In this document: positions 56,870 through 60,513 of the stretch, one piece after another | How the letters are laid out: every line of letters starts with the position of its first letter | Position numbering within the stretch: the stretch's first letter is position 1 | Assembly: GCA_964501055.1 (NCBI GenBank) | Contig: CAZCRP010000001.1 | Location: forward strand, 1-60,513 | Origin: an uncultured Acidimicrobiaceae bacterium | GTDB taxonomy: Bacteria; Actinomycetota; Acidimicrobiia; Spongiisociales; ZC4RG35 | DNA: 60,513 bases | Direction of reading: 5' to 3' | The notes under the pieces: generated by a model | Told to the model about the DNA's origin: nothing | What the model saw: the letters and a program-made list of their open reading frames with translations, nothing else | Databases searched by the model: none | Program-made: the position numbers and the translations under genes

Positions 56870-57400
56870 TTATCGGTGCGAACGCGAGTTGAGTGGTACC
56901 GCTCTCGTCGTGCGTCCATCGTGCGAGCCAGCGAGACATGCGTGCCTGTAGACCAACGGTGACCCGTACAGACCTGGGCCGGTGATGTCGAGTTGTTGGA
57001 GGAACGATCGGGCCACTTCGTAGGAGGCCTCGATGAGCTCGGGAGTGTGATCGAATTCGAGTGTCGACATGGGCCGTGGGTCGGGTCCTGGGAGGTATAC
57101 GACGGGGAGTGTGGCGGCAACCAGCGGCGCTTCGAGAACGGCTTGAGCCCTCATGGTCACGAGCCCGGTAGAGAACAGCACCTCGGCGATTGTCTCGGGC
57201 GTCGCTGGAATACGGCCGGCGAAGGCGCAGTCGAGCACCACCAGCGAACGGGCGTCCATGTCTTGGGCTTGACGCAGTGGAAAGTTGGCGACAACGCCGC
57301 CGTCGTAGAGGAGACGCCCTTCGTGCTCTAAGGGAGGCCAAACCCCGGGGATGGCCGCGCTCGCCAAGAGCGCAGGGAACCTTGCAGGCCCTCCGGTCAC
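56870..57400 (-). pseudogene. Patatin-like phospholipase, C-terminal half only
   Basis: ALLASAAIPGVWPPLEHEGRLLYDGGVVANFP carries the catalytic Asp (DGG) motif. The GxSxG half would lie where the CPBP gene now sits. Confidence 0.5.
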
Positions 57401-57402
57401 TC

Positions 57403-58194
57403 TCAGAGGACCAGGGTCAGTACCGCCATTGCCAGGAAGAGACTTTGTGCCGAGTGGACCGCAATGCCGAGCCAGGCGCTCTGGTAGCGCTTGGTCGGGT
57501 AGGCCAACACCAGGGCGTCGGCCAGGACGGCGGGAATGGCCCAGGGCATATGCAGGTGATAGGCGGCGAACAGAAAGCCGTTGACCACCCAGTCGGCCCG
57601 ACCGAAAGCTCCGTTCATACGGGGGAGCAATAGACCACGGAACAAGAGTTCTTCTCCGAGCACGGTGTTGAAGATCCACAGGACGATCACCAGTCCGTAC
57701 CACCCCCAAGCGCCGTGGAAGAAAGCCTCCCCAGCGGGTGATGAGAGAAAGGCCCCGAAGTCCCGACCCGCCACCGGCGTGAATGTCGGTATGAATTGCT
57801 CGGCGAAGAACAGCACCGCCAAGGGGATCAAGACCAACCAGACGCGCCCGCCGACTTGGTTGGTGCGTGGGCTCTTCGGTGAGCGAAGCCAGAGTGCGTC
57901 GCGTACCACTCGCCATCTCAGACTGCCCTGCTCCCGCCACACCAGCCAGACGACCATCACGAACTGCCAGATGAGCCCTATGGCGAGCAAGATGAGCAGT
58001 GCTTGCGCCAGCGGGGCAGGCCCATCGATAATCGAGGCCAATCTCGGGGCAACCAGCCACGCCAAGATTGCCATCGGAGCAGTTGCCACGGCCCACACTG
58101 CCAGGATCCAGCTGATCGAGTATTGGGGGATTTCGACGGCCCGCTCGCCATTGATCGTCTGCTGCGACGGCCGCCGGCGTATGTCATGTGTCAT
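57403..58194 (-). CDS. CPBP-family intramembrane glutamic endopeptidase (CAAX/Abi family)
   Basis: Multi-pass membrane protein with EELLFRG and FAAYHLH motifs. GAGGAGG RBS upstream. Confidence 0.85.
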   Translation of the reverse strand: MTHDIRRRPSQQTINGERAVEIPQYSISWILAVWAVATAPMAILAWLVAPRLASIIDGPAPLAQALLILLAIGLIWQFVMVVWLVWREQGSLRWRVVRDALWLRSPKSPRTNQVGGRVWLVLIPLAVLFFAEQFIPTFTPVAGRDFGAFLSSPAGEAFFHGAWGWYGLVIVLWIFNTVLGEELLFRGLLLPRMNGAFGRADWVVNGFLFAAYHLHMPWAIPAVLADALVLAYPTKRYQSAWLGIAVHSAQSLFLAMAVLTLVL

Positions 58195-58352
58195 TTCGTC
58201 CTCCTCATGTGCTTGTCGGATGAGGCGAACGTACGAGTGCGCTGCCGGAGTGGCATCCTTCCTTAGACGCTTTCCGTCTCAGATCCGGCGACGATTCATG
58301 CTCATACCTAGGTAGGAGGCGAGCGGGGAAACCCGCGAGTTACGTTGCGTGT

Positions 58353-59516
58353 GTGCAGACCATGGGCGTCTTCCTGAGGCGGTACGGATTCGACCTGGTC
58401 CTGGGCGTGGTCATTCTCGAGGGCGTCTTCGAGGTGACCAGTGCGGATGCCGAAGTGGGCGTGTCCGTACCCCAATGGGTGATCGTCTCCGGGATGGTCG
58501 CCATCGTGCTCCCCCTGTTCGCCCGTCGCTGGTTTCCGTTCATGGCTCCAGCCATGGTCTGGCTCATCGGGGCGGGCATCTCCTTCGTTGAGGGAAGACT
58601 GGCCGTAACGACCTTCAGTGTCTACGTCACCGGTGTCATCGCCGCCTATTTGCTCGGCAATCTCCCTGAACCGGCCCGCGCCCGAACTGGCTTGATCGTC
58701 TTGCTGATCGGCGCTGCAGTCGTGGTCTACAACGACCCGTCGCGGGCCACGTCAGACTTCGTGACGATCCCTGCCACCTTTGCCATCGCCTGGCTCGCCG
58801 GGTTCGCGCTCCGGGCTCGGGCCGACCGGATCGATGAGGCGGAGCAACGGGCCATTGCCGCCGAGCGGGACCGCGAGTCCGCCGCCCGTATCGCGGTGGC
58901 TGAGGAACGATCTCGGATCACCCGCGAGCTTCACGACGTCGTGGCGCACGCTGTGAGCGTCATGGTCCTCCAGGTCGGTGCAGTGCGCCACCGGCTCCCC
59001 GGCACGATGCGGGAAGACAAGGAAGCCCTCGAGACGGTTGAGGACACCGGGCGGTCAGCCCTCACCGAGATGCGCCGGCTACTCGGGGTGATACACGACG
59101 ACGGCCAGAGCGTGGAACTCTCCCCCCAGCCAGGTCTCGACCTGCTCGACACCCTGACAGAGGAGGTCCGGCTCGCCGGTCTCCGCGTGAGGGTGCATCG
59201 TCAAGGGGAGCCGACTGTACTTCCCCGCGCCATCGACTTGTCGGCCTATCGGATTGTGCAAGAAGGACTCACCAACTGCCTCAAGCACGCCAGAGCCAGC
59301 GTCGCGGACGTCACCGTGTGGCACACGCCGAACGACCTCGAGATCGAGGTGGTGGACGACGGAGTCGGTCCAACGACTAGCGACGGGCTCGGCCGCGGTA
59401 TCACGGGCATCCGGGAACGGGTCAAGATCTATGGAGGGGAGATGACAACCGGCCCAGGTCCCAACGGGGGCTTCCGGCTCAATGTTCGATTGCCGATCCG
59501 GGGATACCCACGGTGA
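58353..59516 (+). CDS. Sensor histidine kinase (HisKA_3 / NarL-partner type)
   Basis: N-terminal TM segments, ITRELHDVVAHAVSVMVLQ (H box), and GRGITGIRERVKIYGG. Confidence 0.85.
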   Translation: MQTMGVFLRRYGFDLVLGVVILEGVFEVTSADAEVGVSVPQWVIVSGMVAIVLPLFARRWFPFMAPAMVWLIGAGISFVEGRLAVTTFSVYVTGVIAAYLLGNLPEPARARTGLIVLLIGAAVVVYNDPSRATSDFVTIPATFAIAWLAGFALRARADRIDEAEQRAIAAERDRESAARIAVAEERSRITRELHDVVAHAVSVMVLQVGAVRHRLPGTMREDKEALETVEDTGRSALTEMRRLLGVIHDDGQSVELSPQPGLDLLDTLTEEVRLAGLRVRVHRQGEPTVLPRAIDLSAYRIVQEGLTNCLKHARASVADVTVWHTPNDLEIEVVDDGVGPTTSDGLGRGITGIRERVKIYGGEMTTGPGPNGGFRLNVRLPIRGYPR

Positions 59517-60184
59517 CGATCCGCGTGATAGTCGCTGACGACCAGTCGATGGTCAGAGCTGGCTTTCGCATGCTGTTGGCCGGCGAGCCCGACATCGAAG
59601 TCGTCGCCGAAGCAAGCAATGGGCGTGAGGCGGTCGCGCAGACGCTGCGTCTGCGGCCCACAGTCGTCCTGATGGACATACGCATGCCCGAGCTCGACGG
59701 GCTCGAGGCGACCCAACGTATCCTCGCCGCCGACGAGGCCGTCCGGGTGCTGGTCCTGACGACTTTCGACCTCGACGAGTACATCTACAAGGCACTGCGT
59801 GCAGGCGCCAGCGGTTTCGTCCTCAAGGACGACCCACCCGAACAGCCCATTTCCGCCATTAGAACCGTCGCCCGCGGGGACGCGCTCCTCTCGCCGGCGG
59901 TGACCAAGCGTGTGATCGAACAGTTCACTCAGCGTCCTCGGATCGCCGTGCCGACGGGGTTCAATGACCTCACCGACCGAGAGATGGACGTCTTTCGCCT
60001 GACGGCTCGCGGTCTCTCCAACGCCGAGATCGGTGAGGAGCTCTTCATCAGCGAAACCACGGTCAAGACGCATATGACCCACATCCTGCAAAAGCTCCAT
60101 CTACGCGACCGGGTCCAAGCCATCGTCCTCGCCTATCAAGGGGGGCTCTTCGAAAAAGGGCGGCGAGACCTACCGGGCGTATAG
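59513..60184 (+). CDS. LuxR/NarL-family response regulator
   Basis: GTGA overlap at the start. Contains VIVADDQ, VVLMDIRMPELDG and the LuxR HTH LSNAEIGEELFISETTVKTHMTHILQKL. Confidence 0.9.
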   Translation: MTIRVIVADDQSMVRAGFRMLLAGEPDIEVVAEASNGREAVAQTLRLRPTVVLMDIRMPELDGLEATQRILAADEAVRVLVLTTFDLDEYIYKALRAGASGFVLKDDPPEQPISAIRTVARGDALLSPAVTKRVIEQFTQRPRIAVPTGFNDLTDREMDVFRLTARGLSNAEIGEELFISETTVKTHMTHILQKLHLRDRVQAIVLAYQGGLFEKGRRDLPGV

Positions 60185-60425
60185 GCGGATCGTCATCATC
60201 GTCCCCACCTCAATGGAAAACGTGATCCAACCGCTGCCTCCCCGACGCATGAATAGAGCGAGTCCGGTCACCGGTCGGCCCGCGAATCGCCGAAGCACGG
60301 GTCGGGATCTACCGACACGAGGTCTCGGCGGCTGTTCACACGGCGACCGTGCTCGACGCCGCTGAGTTTCAACGCCTCGTCGCGACATGCGCGCACTGGG
60401 GTTTGGCGGAGGTGAGTTCGTGCAG

Positions 60426-60513
60426 TTAGCGCTCCCGGATGGTGTAGGTCAGGTGCGTAACCCTCGAGGAAGGCTCCGCGCGGGCCGGCTCCAGGACGAT
60501 GCGGCCCGCGTCC
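60426..60513 (-). CDS. 3' end of an unidentified gene running off the window
   Basis: Open frame with GC-rich third positions, ending ...RVTHLTYTIRER-TAA. Too short to assign. Confidence 0.25.
   Translation of the reverse strand, partial: DAGRIVLEPARAEPSSRVTHLTYTIRER

Noticed and set aside
55737-57400. The idea that the NTase-fold protein plus the patatin fragment form a CBASS-like system.
   Set aside because: The NTase-fold protein is only 222 aa with a minimal-NTase signature, so it is not of CD-NTase size. The patatin gene is on the opposite strand and lacks its catalytic serine half.
57403-58096. N-terminal two-thirds of the 408-aa minus-strand ORF, including an AGGGSGLRG string that loosely resembles the patatin glycine-rich loop.
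   Set aside because: This region overlaps, in another frame, the CPBP gene, which has a strong RBS, TM helices and both catalytic motifs. No GxSxG nucleophile motif is present in the long ORF.
1-60513. Search for CRISPR arrays, rRNA or tRNA genes, IS elements, integrases and phage genes.
   Set aside because: I saw no regularly spaced direct repeats, structural RNA signatures, transposase or integrase motifs, or terminal inverted repeats on either strand.

Overview
High-GC segment with strongly GC-biased third codon positions, which looks like actinobacterial chromosome. It carries about 50 intact CDS packed into short operons. Many junctions are 4-nt ATGA/GTGA start/stop overlaps. I found no rRNA, tRNA, CRISPR array, transposase or integrase.

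Content is almost entirely catabolic.
- Four intact M81/MlrC-like metallopeptidase paralogues plus one decayed copy.
- Two D-aminoacylases, a gamma-glutamyltransferase, an M20 peptidase, further amidohydrolases, three RidA-family genes and three PLP enzymes.
- A split Opp/Dpp-type peptide ABC transporter.
- Sugar-acid enzymes: UxuA, two enolase-superfamily genes, an IlvD/Edd dehydratase and an FAH-family protein.
- Three IclR regulators.
- A 2-oxoacid dehydrogenase E1beta/E1alpha pair followed by a free-standing 79-aa lipoyl-domain protein.
- At the 3' end, a nucleotidyltransferase-fold/XRE-HTH gene pair, a CPBP protease and a LuxR-type two-component system.

The window also holds at least 13 gene remnants. 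Several have lost their middle but keep both termini, and in some cases the operon junction is still intact.

Best candidates for an undescribed system:
1. The central, fully overlapped four-hydrolase operon (M81, M20, amidohydrolase, D-aminoacylase; 29.6-35.0 kb), together with a second M81/GGT/D-aminoacylase operon. Together they suggest breakdown of D-amino-acid or gamma-linked peptides.
2. The E1beta-E1alpha-lipoyl carrier-SDR-cupin-RidA operon, which has no E2 or E3 in the window.
3. The NTase-fold/HTH pair.

All functional calls come from reading motifs in the supplied translations. No database search was run.
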